A DNA stretch of 64,000 nucleotides from Octopus sinensis (GCF_006345805.1 NC_043000.1:141856001-141920000), one strand, 5' to 3'. Counted from the stretch's first letter, positions 1-13,859 are shown. Program-made: numbers and translations. Notes: generated by a model not told the origin, from the sequence alone.

Positions 1-800
1 GAACCCTTTACCACATAAAGAAACAAACGTAAGTAGGAGTTTATTAGATAGTGGTAAATGTCCATATAAAGAGGTTGGACAGGGGTGACATAAACCCTTT
101 TTATTATTTTCAGTTAAAGATGGCTACACTATGAAACGTAGAACGCTACAATGAGATCTAAATAAACATTAAGGCCATAGAGGGAAAACGTTTGTAATCA
201 AGGTATACCAAAATCTGTGTATTATTATATGCTGTATAATAATAAAAGTAAATTTAAAAAAAAAAGAGGTGGGGATATGAGAAACAGGTAAGATAACAGG
301 GATATATAGACCAACTTAAGTGCTAAAAATTAGTATTGAATCACATTTTCATTGCACCCACTATGATCCATTCCCACCACTCCACAATTCTAGTTGTCTT
401 TCTCTTATTTTATTTCCGCTAAAGTAGTGCCAGCATGGAATCCTTTATCCCTCTAGCTCTGATGAAATATTTGAGAAAAATTATATTAATATATCCTGTC
501 TGTTGAAAATACATATTTTACGCAACTGAGGATCGCACTATATTTAAATTGATGTAATGCTTGCATTATTCGATTGAATGGACCGACTGAAGCGGTCGTA
601 TTACGTTAACACTGTGCATCTTGTTACTTATTTCATTTATATACATACATACATATGTATTCACAAACACACCCACACGCACTCACACACATACACACAC
701 ACAAATATATATATGTATATGTATGTATTCATATATGTTTTAATATTTAAATACATGTTCGTATATTCTCTCTGCATTTTCAACTTAATTTATATCCTCT
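1..800 (+). mobile_element. Possible Penelope-like element 3' end / pLTR remnant
   Basis: Degenerate GIY-YIG-tail-like frame, CTGATGA at 459 and a gaccg/cggtc hairpin at about 581-597. Confidence 0.3.
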
Positions 801-853
801 ATACTACTACGTGTTTGGATTACTAACAATTTATAAATATATTATATATATAT

Positions 854-888
<35 letters not shown>

Positions 889-1248
889 TATATATATATA
901 TACATACATAATTATATATATGTATATATACATAAATGCATATATACGTACACCACCATAATTTCCTACCTAAATCTGAGTGGAATTAACACGCCATAGA
1001 GCATGTGATTTAATTAATTCTAAATAAAAATATATTTCAATTAACATTTGAATTTATTTATATGTAAATATGTTGTGATATATGTCCAAATTATATTAAA
1101 ACAATTTTCCTGACATCAAAGAACAAAGAAAATCTGTTTCTTTTCAAATATATAATATCAGCCACGTGAGTGTGCTATATAGCAACCGCATCTTATACTC
1201 AGCCACACATGTGCATGCATATGTGGGAGATGAATATGTGTATATGTT

Positions 1249-1316
<68 letters not shown>

Positions 1317-1375
1317 TATATGTGTGTGTGTGTGTGTATCTATCTATTTATCTCTCTCTCTCTGTATATATATAT

Positions 1376-1418
<43 letters not shown>

Positions 1419-1829
1419 TTATAAACATGTATGAGTGTGTGTGTGTGTATGTGTGCGTGCATATACACATAATTCCTCAGATATCTTTTATATTAATAAT
1501 TGTTCAGAATATGAAATACATTTTCTATCAATTTTTATTAAAACCTATCGCAAATCCTTATTAGTTTTATTAATACCACCATATTGCTGTTATTCTTTAG
1601 CTCCTAATCAAATCTGATCAAACATAGAAATGAATTTCAACCATCACGACAATCTAATGGGTTTTTCCCCGTTGTATAGATTTGTACTCACTGTTTTCAT
1701 TCTTTTAATGTGATATGAAGTATATTTATGTACAATTTGTATCTAAATGTATGTGATTATGTAGTTGACTCCTTTTTCCGAAATGCAATACTTACACTTT
1801 AATAAAATAAAGAGACCATTATTCCCGAG

Positions 1830-3300
1830 CATATGGCATCATAATATGCTTAAACCCGGAATCCATTTTGTAGATATCCACGAATTTACTCTACATTAGA
1901 AATGCAAATATTCAAATTATAAATCCGTAGCCCAATTGTGCTTCTCGTGATTATCGAAAAACTCTTCTAATACAAGTGTATAACTGTATCATTGCAATTA
2001 AGCGCCATTACATTTTAAAGTACTATCGCCAATACAGAGACATTGCACGAAGCCCAAATACGACTACAAATTTCTCTTACATTACATTTCCTACAATTAA
2101 CTATCCAGAACAAATAGTAGGCAAAGGGTTTGGAAAATTTCACTCTGACTACTTGTAGAGACAACGCAATGCATTGACGCAGTTAACGTTAGACACAACC
2201 AAAATCCAAACACTTAATATGCCACATGGTAAATAGCACCTTTAAACGAAAATTATCCATAAACAAAGAGCGAACCATGTAAAAAAAACCCACAAGGACA
2301 GAAACCAAGTTTTACAATAGCAAGAATAAACTTCATGGTCAACATAACTAGACTAAAAAATACTAAAAACTATCTTCAGAAAACGGAGAATGGTAATTGT
2401 TATCTAGAATAAACTGCCATCCAGTTACTATTTTGAAGCATTACCAGCGTCTACAACAATCTCACCAAACACGTCATAAAAATATTCGCAGTATACATAC
2501 AGCAACAAAGCAAAAAAGCTTTTGTAAATTGGTCACCAAGCGTCCATACTAAAAAAGAAAATGAAAAATAAACACCATCTGTCTACCGAGACGCTAATAA
2601 TGAGCCATTCTTTCCATCCTGCGCTTGAAAACCTATGGAACAACCCGAATAAACTTGATGCAGATGGAAAAGCAAGAAAAAAATAAAACGCATCCCCTCT
2701 ACATTCCCCTTCCGCCACATAATGTTTATACACTCCAAAAGAAGGCAACGGAACGTGTAAAAAGAATCACACCATGTTTCCATTTCTTCGCAAAACAAAA
2801 AGAGAATAAATTGAAGACAAAATGTATCCCATCGGCTTCGATACACATTTACTACAGATTGACGAGATGACAAGATCGAATAACGTAGAACATGAAACAG
2901 ACAGGACAACAGTAAATTACAAAGAACAAGATTGTACCTAAATTTTCAGAAAGATGTGACGTAGTTCATTCTAAGAGGTTACAAACCCTAAATTACTCGC
3001 GTGTATTTTTGTACAGACCATCAAAGAACTGAATATAAAACAACTACTCTCATACACGATCTTTACAGATGAAGGTATACGACCAACATCAAATGCATGC
3101 ATAAAGAGAGAAAATTGAACAAATGCCAAATTGAAGAATTTACTGGACATATCAGTGATACATTATTCCTTTTATCGTAATAGATCCGCGCGCAAAACAA
3201 AACCAGTTATTGGAAAATATAGAGTTATTTCGTTTTCTATATGAATAACCAGAAGATTCAGGAAACAGTTTAAACTGTTTTCTGAAAGCTTTAGATGAGT
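1830..3300 (+). mobile_element. Highly degenerate Penelope-like RT remnant
   Basis: KYYRQYRDIARSPNTTTNF resembles YY.Q..G.AMG...AP of PLE RTs. A-rich coding-like strand. Confidence 0.4.
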
Positions 3301-3739
3301 TGAATTCTTATTAAATATCAATATACGAATCTGTTCATTTAATAAACCAACAGCTTCTATTCGTAATTGAAGCAATAATGCAAATATCAAATGTTTTATA
3401 AATAATAAATGTTATTTGTTATAGAACTAGTAAAAACAATGCTATTGAAAACGTACGAATCAGATCTCTCGTCCGGGAATAACTTGATATATTGATTCGC
3501 AGCTTCATATTAAAACAACTCATATGTCGTGACGTTTTGTGTCATATACCCATTGATGAGAAAGACCATGAAATCTTAATGGGTACGCTCAAGCACTTTG
3601 AATAATTTGCCTGCCTTTTCTATAGCCGTGCTTTCATAACATTAACACTAAGAGCGACATACAAGCACACATCCACATACACACAAACACACACACACAC
3701 ACACACACACCACACACACACACGCACACACACACACAT

Positions 3740-3770
<31 letters not shown>

Positions 3771-3777
3771 CATATAT

Positions 3778-3993
3778 AAAGTTAATCCAAACAAGAAAAC
3801 ACAAAAAAACACAACAACGCGAGGATGTGGAACAAATATAGTATTATTGGACGCTCACGAAAGAAGGGAAGAAGGAGGGTTTAACGTTTCGAGCGGAGCT
3901 CTTCGTTGGAAACATAGGAGAAGGAAAGATCCAGAGAAGGGAAGACAGAGGAAAAAAAATCGCCAACGGTACACACGAGGTCACATTTTGAAA
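3778..3993 (-). mobile_element. PLE pLTR fragment with degenerate hammerhead motif
   Basis: Minus strand reads CGAAGA-gctccgctc-GAAACGTT, adjacent to a (TA)n tract. Confidence 0.55.
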
Positions 3994-4338
3994 GACCGAT
4001 ACCTACGTACATATATGTGTGTATATGTGTGTGTGCATTTTATATTTTTCTCTTTGTTCATGAAGAGCGTGTATTGCTTAAGTGACTATATAATAAGTTT
4101 GGTTTGTACGGAGAACTTTGGAAACACACAGTAATCAGGTTAATAAGAGCTTCATTTGAATGAAAGTACGTCTTTTTTAATCATTGCTAAACTCAAATTT
4201 TAAACTAGTCTTATAGCATAGAAAATAATACCTCTTCATATCCTGAAATGTTTTCTATATTCTTACATTTTTCATATCATGCTACATTCACGCTTTATGA
4301 TGTATTGTCCAGCGAATTGTCTGATATCTTGCAGTCTA

Positions 4339-4462
4339 ATGTCCAATTACTTTTAGCAGCCTTTATTCTTTCTTTTAACCGTTTGTTCTTGTACATTTGT
4401 GACGTGTTTCAGGGCTTATTTTACTAATCTGTCTATCAAACAAGCACATTCAAATATATCTG
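4339..4462 (+). pseudogene. Candidate first coding exon (signal peptide) with premature stop
   Basis: MSNYF*QPLFFLLTVCSCTFVTCFRAY...NIS, then a phase-1 donor (tg|gtataa). Acceptor ttgcag lies just upstream of the ATG. Confidence 0.3.
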
Positions 4463-4715
4463 GTATAAAATTTGATGGGTTGGAAATCTTCCCTAGTACC
4501 ACATTTTTCCGTTCAAATTTTCAATCTCTCTTTTAGGTTTGTTTGTAAGTCAGCTCTTTTGTATAAAACAGTGATGTTCATATCTATACTTTAAAAAAAA
4601 AAATGTATGTTGTGCTTTCAAAAATGTGTACGTAAAGAGATTTATTCACTTTCTAATCCTATAATTTGACAAATATTGTTTACAACGTTCTTCGATTTAA
4701 AGCAGAAAGGGATAA

Positions 4716-4866
4716 TACTACTACTACTACTACTACTACTACTATACTACTACTACTAATACTACTACTACTACCACCACCACCACCACCACCACCACCA
4801 CCATTACTACTACTACTACTACTACTACTACTAATGATGATGATAATAATAATAATAATAATAATG

Positions 4867-4920
<54 letters not shown>
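4716..4920. repeat. Compound trinucleotide microsatellite (ACT/ACC/ATG/AAT)
   Basis: Directly visible. Confidence 0.95.
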
Positions 4921-5135
4921 GAAGCAAAAAAAAGAAGTGTGCCATTGTTATCAAGTGAACGATACTTCGGCATGAGCGTGCCTTCCAGCGGTTCAAAAAA
5001 TAGTCTTGTCAATCTCCTTCATTTTTGGTAATAATTTATAGGATTGAGGTAACTCCTTCAGTAGTTATACAGAAGCAAGAAAAAGAAGAATGTTATTGTT
5101 ATCAAGTGAACGATATTTCGGCACCTAGCGTGTCT

Positions 5136-5616
5136 AATAATCCTTTCTACTATAGGCAAAAGCTCTGAAATTTGAGGGAGGGAGCCAGTCGATTATTCCG
5201 TTTGTCTGTCCTTGTTAATCCTCTCTGTGTTTAGCCCCGTGTGGGTAGTAAAGAAATAGGTATTTCGTCTGCCGCTACGTTCTGAGTTCAAATTCCGCCG
5301 AGGTCGACTTTGCCTTTCATACTTTCGGGGTCGATTAAACAAGTACCAGTTACGCACTGGGGTCGAAATAATTGATTTAATCCGTTTGTCTATCCTTGTT
5401 TGTCCTCTCTGTGTTTAGCCCCTTGTGGGTAGTAAAGAAATAGGTATTCCGTCTGCTGTTACGTTCTTTGATCAAATTCAACCGAGGTCGAATCTTTGCC
5501 TTTCATCCTTTCGGGGTCGATGAAATACATACCAGTTACGCACTGGCGTCGATGTAATCGTCTCCTCCATTCCCCACAAATATTAGGTATTGTACCTCCA
5601 GTCGAAAGGATTATTA
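5136..5616 (+). mobile_element. Octopus-type tRNA-derived SINE family B, tandem units
   Basis: Repeated ggtatttcgtctg..gagttcaaattccgccgaggtcgactttgcctttcat unit, also at 18604, 57936 and 59170. Confidence 0.85.
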
Positions 5617-5749
5617 TTTTTGTTTATTTTTTAAATATTTTTGTTCATTTCAATCTTTGTAAAATTGCTGACTTAAAATATCTACATCTCTGTTTAAAAG
5701 CTACAGGATTCTAATTGGTATGTTAATATTTTTTAAGTATCATTGAAAT

Positions 5750-6163
5750 ATGAGTGGCTGTGTGGTAAGTAGCTTGCTAACCAATTACATGGTTCCGGGT
5801 TCAGTCCCACTGCGTGGCATCTTGGGCAAGTGTCTTCTTCTATAGCCTCGGGCCGACCAATGCCTTGTGAGTGGATTTGGTAGACGGAAACTGAAAGAAG
5901 CCTGTGGTATATATGTATATATATATATATGTATATGTATGTGTGTTTGTGTGCCTGTGTTTGTCTCCCTAGCATTGCTTGACAACCGATGCTGGTGTGT
6001 TTACGTCCCCGTCACTTAGCGGTTCGACAAAAGAGATCGATAGAATAAGTACTGGGCTTACAAAAAATAAGTCCCGGGGTCGATTTGCTCGACTAAAGGC
6101 GGTGCTCCAGAATGGCCGCAGTCAAATGACTGAAACAAGTAAAAGAGTAAAGAGTAAAAGAGT
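5750..6163 (+). mobile_element. Octopus-type tRNA-derived SINE family A, full length
   Basis: gagtggctgtgtggtaag (A box), gggttcagtccc (B box), internal TA/TG tract, gtaaaaga tail. Confidence 0.9.
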
Positions 6164-6199
6164 ATATACTGCGACACATAAATCAACCGTTTTTCGGTT

Positions 6200-6496
6200 C
6201 ACGAGCTAGCATCAGATAAACTTACTGGAAAACATACGAATCCTTACATCATCGCAATATAACAGCCGCACGTTTCTCACACATTTCAAAAATGAAAAGA
6301 CACATTGGACTATGGAAAGAACGTGGTGATCGCATTTGGAAGGTTTTTGATGATGGCGTTTCTCTATATACCGTAAAACAATACTATTAAGGAACAGGCT
6401 TAAATATATGCACCTCGGTGATTCGTAACTCATCGGCATCATCTGGTTTTCTTCACAATATTGTGTAAACACAACTATTTTATAGATTTCTCAGAG
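6200..6496 (+). pseudogene. C-type lectin domain remnant
   Basis: HIGLWKERGDRIWKVFDDGVSL..*GTGLNICTS, then frameshifted IWFSSQYCVNTTIL*ISQR|gt. Matches the WIGL..W.W.DG..C..W...C....ICQ pattern. Confidence 0.5.
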
Positions 6497-6880
6497 GTTA
6501 AGAATTAATGTAACAGTCCGATAGACAACGAGCTTGTAAGTAAATATATATAAAATTACGGATAAAACATGCATAGTAAATCTGTAATAAACAGTAAAAT
6601 TAAAAGTGCAACGAATGCTTGGCTACGAGAATGTTGATGAAATAATCAAAAAAGTTAAATATTAATATTTTAAATAACATGTCAGAAACGTAAAATACAC
6701 GTACAAGTAAAGAAAAAAAAAAAAAAGGAAAATCAGAGGATTTAAAGGAAACGAAGTCAATAAATAACAACAATATACAGATATTGACTTTCTTATTTAT
6801 ATAACTGTCTGTCAATTTCAGAGCATTGAGATTATGAGTATGTACATCTACCTAAATACATACATATACATACATATATA

Positions 6881-6944
<64 letters not shown>

Positions 6945-6949
6945 TTGTG

Positions 6950-7000
<51 letters not shown>

Positions 7001-7890
7001 ATATATGTATATTTATATTTATATTTATTAGTATAAGCATTTAGCCTTGTATTGCTGTATCAATATATGATGTGCAATGAATGGTAGTCGTTTTAGCATA
7101 TGGTAAATATGGATCGTACCACAGGCAATCAAATTGCTGTCAGAAAAATCTGACACATGTCGTACATTTATTCATCTTATTCTTTAATAAGCAGACACAT
7201 CCACTGACATCGATCACTCGTATTGATTTTAAGGAAAAGGGAGTTGGTTGCGAGGTGTTCATGCATTTGTGTGAGTTAGCAAACAGTTTATTACAAGCAG
7301 CGCAATCAACCTCACAAACAAGACTTAATTTAACAGTAACCTCCAACGCTACCTTCAGAATGTGGCAAGTTTTCTTTGATTTTTTTAAAAATATAAGTTC
7401 GAAACTATGGTTTCAAAATGCTTCTAATTTAAATAATTTCAATATAATTACAATTATAAGCATTCATGTAGTTATTCATGTAGAATTCATGGTCTTCGAG
7501 AATTATCCTTGTATTCTGCTATTGCTCCTTGCTTTTTAGAAGTTCGAATTATTAATACTTTGCCAAATACTTGCCAACTACTTTTCATAATCGCTGGTAT
7601 TATTCAGATGATTGTTTATTGTAATTCAGGTTTTTTTTCCCATTTTATTTTCTTCAGATATATAGATATATTTATTGATTTTTTCCCCTGCTGGCTGTAA
7701 TATTAGTACATTAATTTTCTTGTTCTTTGATGTATATTTACGAAGTTGTATTTATGTGAGCCGTTTTATATATACAGTGAGAAAGAGAGAAAGCGTGAGA
7801 GATTGTTATAGATAGGTCATAGATAGATATACATACACGAACACACACAAACACATACACACACACACACACACCACACACACACACACA

Positions 7891-7960
<70 letters not shown>

Positions 7961-8501
7961 ATATATACATATATACACAAACACATACACACACATTTAT
8001 CACGAGAATTATAATTATCATGATACACATTATTATTATTAGAGTGGCGAGTTTGGCGAGGCTGGCGAGGCTGGCGAGGCAAATAGGAACTACACTGAGC
8101 AGGGATTCCAAAGAAGCCGGGAGAAAAAGAGTGAGTGGTTCCGTTTCGAGCAGTTAATGTGGCAGGGTTTTCCGAACATTTATGCCTGGTTTCTCTCGAA
8201 TTATGCGGTCTAGTTTTCACGCTGAAAACTTTTATAATAATTTTACCTATTTTCACGAGGTGTATACACCATTTTACGTATATATTCGCCCCTGTAGGAA
8301 ATAAAAAAAACCCATTCAAAATAGTTAATTTGTACAGGAAAAATGTTTTACAAAGAATTTTTTTTACCTCTCTTAAATGTGGTTTCAAATCCCGTTGAAA
8401 TGAATTTTTCATCCTTTCAGGGTCAAAATACAAAAATTAGTTACTATGTGAGTGAATCATAACAACTGAATCCCTCCCCTAAAATTGCTGCCGTGTGCCT
8501 T

Positions 8502-8581
8502 AATTGTCGTCGTCCTTCTCATCGTCGTCATTATCCTCATTATCACCACCACCATCATCATCATCATTATCATCATCATCG

Positions 8582-8643
<62 letters not shown>

Positions 8644-8668
8644 TTCATCATCATCATCATCATCATCA
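8502..8668. repeat. (CAT/CGT)n microsatellite
   Basis: Directly visible. Confidence 0.95.
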
Positions 8669-9622
8669 GATGAACCATCATTGGTGAAATTTACGGAATA
8701 TTTATGTAATATTTATATGAAACCATGTGATCATAAAGATGCTCCCGTGTAACGTCTTTAACATCGTCATTCTTCGCACAAAAACGGCATGTTAGAAATT
8801 TTTTATTTACGACTTGTAATTTAACAAATGTTTAAAGTTCAAGAAATACTCATAACAGAAATAAGTGAATTACATTTATTCACGTAAAACATGAAGTTAC
8901 GCAGGGTAGTAAAATCTTCGTTTGTATAATTTATATTTTTTAAATATGAATCAAAATTGCACAAGCAGGAAACAAAATGAACACATCTGAGTAGGTGTAG
9001 TGGCCGCACAAGTAAATATTCCTTACTTAGAAGATCTTAGCTTTTGGTTCACAGTCATGTCGTGTCGTTCTTCAGTGCTATTTGAATCACAACTGTAATA
9101 AAGTATGCACCTCGAAACTTGTTGGGTTAATGCCAACCAAACTTAAACAACACCAGCAGAATTAAGTCTTTTCCTCTCATCAGCCTTTCTTATCTGAATA
9201 AGTAAGACTCGGAGAATCATTAACACGATTTGTGAGGAAAACACTAAGTTTCGAAAGTAAGGATATAAGTAAAACATAAAAGACTTTATTATTAATTCGA
9301 CTGGGAAAATCTAGGACGAGAAAACCAATATAATTATGCGAAATATACAAATGATTGTTTTTTGAGGTGGGGTGTGATGGGGTGGGGTGGGTAATGGTGC
9401 TAATGTTTAGGTTTTCCAATCGCAGAAGTTTTTTTTTTAATACTAAATAGTGTTTAATGCGGCAACAATGAAACCAACGGATGTTTTGCGTTAGAAGTTT
9501 TTCAATACAAAAATGTATAGTTAACATCTATATAAATGCATTCACATACACACACACATGCACACAGACACACACACACATATACACGCACACACACATG
9601 CACAACGGTAACAATCGTCAAT

Positions 9623-9658
9623 TTCTTGAAAACAGGGTCATAACCCCGAAATATTGAA
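9623..9658 (+). ncRNA. Minimal hammerhead ribozyme motif, U3-A8 variant
   Basis: ttc-TTGAAAA-ca-gggt.cata.accc-c-GAAA-tatt-gaa. Confidence 0.5.
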
Positions 9659-9767
9659 TGCAAGCTAAATATACATTAATTCACATATTTGTTTTCTTGT
9701 GTTTTACCTTGTATTTACTTCGCATTGTTTTGGCATTACCCACGATCTCTTATATAATATTTACCAT

Positions 9768-9941
9768 GATAGATCGCTAGCCACTACACATTCTTTATTT
9801 TCTCTCCTTATTTCGTTCTGTGTTTCTTTCTGTTGAAGAGCGTAGGCTGGAAATGTTAAAAACTTTTTCATTTCACTAATACATCTGTTTGTTGTCTACA
9901 CCACTCGTCTTCGTCTTTTGGTTTTTGTGAATTCTCCCCCT

Positions 9942-9986
<45 letters not shown>

Positions 9987-10001
9987 TATATATATAATAT
10001 A

Positions 10002-10039
<38 letters not shown>

Positions 10040-10098
10040 GAAGAATTCACAAAAACCAAAAGACGAAGACGAGTGGTGTAGACAACAAACAGATGTAT
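9768..10098. mobile_element. PLE pLTR with partial inverted copy across a (TA)n tract
   Basis: About 9877-9940 is inverted at about 10037-10098. TTGAAGA..GAAA motif at 9833. Confidence 0.7.
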
Positions 10099-10120
10099 TA
10101 TTATATATATATATATATTG

Positions 10121-10199
<79 letters not shown>

Positions 10200-10222
10200 T
10201 TATATATATATATTAATATATA

Positions 10223-10279
<57 letters not shown>

Positions 10280-10281
<2 letters not shown>

Positions 10282-10622
10282 AAGGCGCATGGCTCAGTGG
10301 TTAGAGCGTCGAGCTTACGATCGTGAGGTTGTGAGCTCGAATCCCGGACTGGGCTGCGTGTTGTGTTCTCGAGCAAGGCACTTTATTTCACGTTGCTCCA
10401 GTTCACTCAGCTGTAGAAATGAGTTGCGACGTCACTGGTGCCAAGCTGTATAGACCTTTGTCTTTCCCTTGGATAACACTGGTGGCGTGGAGAGGGGAGG
10501 CTGGTATGCATGGGCGACTGCTGGCCTTCCATAAACAACCTTGCCCGGACTTGTGTCTAGGAGGGTAACTTTCTAGGTGCAATCCGATGGTCATTCATGA
10601 CCGAAGGGGGTCTTTACCCTTT
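10280..10622 (+). mobile_element. tRNA-derived SINE family C
   Basis: tggctcagtggttagagc A box and g.tcgaatccc B box. Second copy at 43272-43535. Confidence 0.85.
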
Positions 10623-11172
10623 TTTATATATATATATGTATCAATGTATCAATGTATGTATGTATATGTCAGGGTAGTAAAAATATGTACATATAGATAA
10701 ATACACCTACAAATGCATTAGTATATAAACTAGCCAGGGATCTCTACACAGGCAGAAGAAGCATGCTACTCGAAGTATGAAAACTTGTACTGCTTGTTAC
10801 GTTGTTAGATGGTCGGTGGCTAAATTGGCTCCCTCACTTGAGTAGCTTGCTAGATTTGTGAGTAAAGTATATGAACACACACGACAAATAAAAATGGAAA
10901 GGTCGTCGGAAGGATCAGATCCTTGTGGGTCTTTGTCCCAGAAGGAGCTGATCCTCCCGTAGACAGGTACGATACAAGACTGTATCATATTACATTAATT
11001 GTTTTAAATCATATTATCAACCTATATACTTTATAAATTGGATGTATGTTAGAGGTGTACATATGTGCATAGGCAAATAGATTATATCTATGTAAATTTT
11101 TATTTTTATTATCCCATTTGCTTTCTTTTATTTCTGCCTTTTGAAATGATTATTAAGAAGCATACATGTATG

Positions 11173-11206
<34 letters not shown>

Positions 11207-11216
11207 TGTATGTATG

Positions 11217-11247
<31 letters not shown>

Positions 11248-11288
11248 TGTGTGTATATGTATAAAACGTGATGAATACTTCCTTGCAG

Positions 11289-11382
11289 AGTTTATATTGG
11301 CCAATTTATGTGTGAGGTGGATAAGTACACCTCCTAGATCAATTCTTCATATCATTTGCCAGAAGCATATGAAAACTAGACG
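11289..11382 (+). pseudogene. C-type lectin C-terminal half exon remnant
   Basis: ccttgcag|..LCVRWISTPPRSILHIICQKHMKTR|gtaata. Resembles the W....C...L.FICQK end of a CTLD. Confidence 0.4.
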
Positions 11383-11539
11383 GTAATAGATTAACTATGC
11401 TTTAATATTTTAACCGAGCACCTCCTGTCCAAAAGTTTCTACGTGTTTTATGTTCAAACTGATTAGATCTCATATTTCAATCCAAACATAAATGTTCGCA
11501 TCATTGAAATCTCGATATTAATTTACATGTATATTTGAC

Positions 11540-11910
11540 AGGTGGAGGTACATGACCTATTGGTTAGAGCAGGTGAAGGCACATGGCCTAGCAGTTAGAG
11601 AGAGCAGGTGGAGGCATATGGCCTAGTGGTTAGAGCAGCGGACTCGGGGTCGAGGGATTGCGGGTTCGAATCTCAGACCGGGTGACGTGTGTGTTTATGA
11701 GTGAAACCCCTAAGCCTCATGCGGTTCCGGCAGAAAGTAATGGTGAACTTCTGCTGACTCTTTCACCTCAACTTTCTGTCACTCTTTCCTCCTGCATCTT
11801 GCAGCTCACCTGCGACGGACCGGCGTCCCGTCCATGTGGGAACCTCTACGCCAAGGAAACCGTGAAACTGGCCCTAATGAGCCAGGCTTGGCTTGAGAAG
11901 GAACGAACAA
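11540..11910 (+). mobile_element. tRNA-derived SINE family D with triplicated 5' head
   Basis: tggcctagtggttagagc A box and ggttcgaatc B box, gaacgaacaa tail. Confidence 0.8.
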
Positions 11911-12263
11911 TATTTGAATGTTAAAGAGTGAAATAAAGACTCATTATCTATATAAGTTGGAGCTGTTACTATTGCAAGTTATGAAAGTAAATAATTTCGG
12001 TCGTAAACGAAGGCAAACAGACAATTGTCATGTACTGAAATTATCAATGTTCAATCTACTTACCACTTTATTATCTTAAACGGTTTATTTTATTCTTCAT
12101 TTTGTTCTATTGTGGCCTATACTTTCTTCCTTTTAATGTGACCTTTAGATAGAAAATAATGTTATCGTCAACCTGACATCTTTATTTTAATTTGTTTATA
12201 TTTTTTATCAATGTAATTTGTATTTAGGTTGTATTTGTATCTTGATTGTCGCTGTAACTATAG

Positions 12264-12591
12264 TTTTAGTTTTGTTTGTGAACTGCTGATAATGACAAAT
12301 CACTCTGGTTATATATATTGTCAAACTGAAATGGCAAGAGGATCTAATGAACAACTTATTTAAAGAATCACTTTAGAAGGTGTATTCCAAACCTCGAATG
12401 TATTATCAGTCATTGCACTATATCACACCAATGTGCTACAGGTGTATGAATGAGTCGAAACAATTTAGAGATTTTTAATAATGAATCTCGTGGATTCTAT
12501 TTTCTTTCATTTGCAAATTTATATCTATCTGTAGATGTATATGAGTGATTGTGTCTGTCTGTCTCTCTTTTTCTCTCTCTCTATACATATA

Positions 12592-12635
<44 letters not shown>

Positions 12636-13111
12636 AACACACATACATATATATACATTCATGCATATATATATATATTACAGGAAAATGTACAAAACCA
12701 ATAGAGGACGAGCATCCGAGGTCGTTTAGGATATTTAATTACAGTAATGTTCTTTAAAACGAAATATAATTACAGTAAGGTAAATCAAAAATGGAGAAAT
12801 AGAAGTTATTACTGTCTTACAGCTGTCTCTGGGATATCGCAGATTATGTGTCAACACTTCCATACACTGGGTATTCAAGAGACAAGGTGTGTATGTAGGA
12901 AAGTTCTACAGAGAATTCACAGTGTAAAAAAGAAAATAGAGTTGACTTAAGTATATAGGCTTCAATACCATTCGATGATTTCCATACCCTCTGGAACATG
13001 AACTCAATTTTCCTGTCTTATACATGTGCGTGTGTGCGTATGTTTGTGTATATATATATATATATATGCATATATACACATATGTATATATATGTGTGTG
13101 TATGTATGTAT

Positions 13112-13165
<54 letters not shown>

Positions 13166-13480
13166 GCATGAATGCATGTATGTGTGTTTGTATCTATGTA
13201 TATTTTATAACGTTGCACAGGCAGACGGCAATCAAATGCACGAGAAGTACAGGAAAACGGTGAAAACACAGAACATCACAAATGAATTCAATTTTAAAAT
13301 AAAGTAAAATGTTTTTCAAAGCTAAACCTTATCAAAATATACTTACGGTACAATTCACAGGAGAATCTAAATTATTTGGCAATGCCATCTGTGGAAAATA
13401 ACATAAAAATCACATTGATCTTGAAATGACTTTGAAAGATTTCTCACATAAAAAAAAAGGCTAGAGACGTCTGTTTTTAG
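12264..13480 (+). pseudogene. CUB domain remnant in two exons (about 12264-12441 and 13330-13480)
   Basis: CELLIMTNHSGYIY...*RIT resembles the CUB start C...L...SG.I..W.I. GESKLFGNAICGK*..EMTLKDFSHKKKG resembles the CUB end. Confidence 0.4.
12680..12950 (-). mobile_element. PLE pLTR fragment (same family as 52058-52373)
   Basis: Shares gatatcccaga(a/g)acagctgtaag with 52276-52298. Confidence 0.5.
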
Positions 13481-13859
13481 AAGGCCACCTCACAAAGAAT
13501 ATTTCAATAATTATCTTGACTTGTAATAAAACATTGAAACTTTAAATATGAGCTTTCGAGATTTTATATATCGTTGTGGTTAATGATAGAGCCACAAGCG
13601 CTCAGCGTTATTTGGCTGGGACTGGCGTAATAAAAGAAGCCTAAAGCATCCAATTTCAGCTTTTGTAGAGTAGGGGACCCCCTCCCGCCAGTGAGAATTC
13701 TCTAATTGAACCCCGCACTTCCTAGCGTCGGCCCTGCTTCTCAGGCCCTGTGAAAATAATTTTGCCACATATTTAGATATACCATAAGCCGGAACAGACT
13801 TAGTGATCATAACTCCAGACAGTGGAATGGATGCGTAGCTGATGGCAGTATTTAAGCTA

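Noticed and set aside
7140-7346. Cys-rich minus-strand ORF (CEVDCAAC...)
   Set aside because: No ATG, no recognisable motif, and surrounded by stops.
10280-10352. tRNA gene-like sequences (also about 11608-11680 and 43272-43340)
   Set aside because: They continue into SINE bodies and lack a full cloverleaf, so they are SINE heads.
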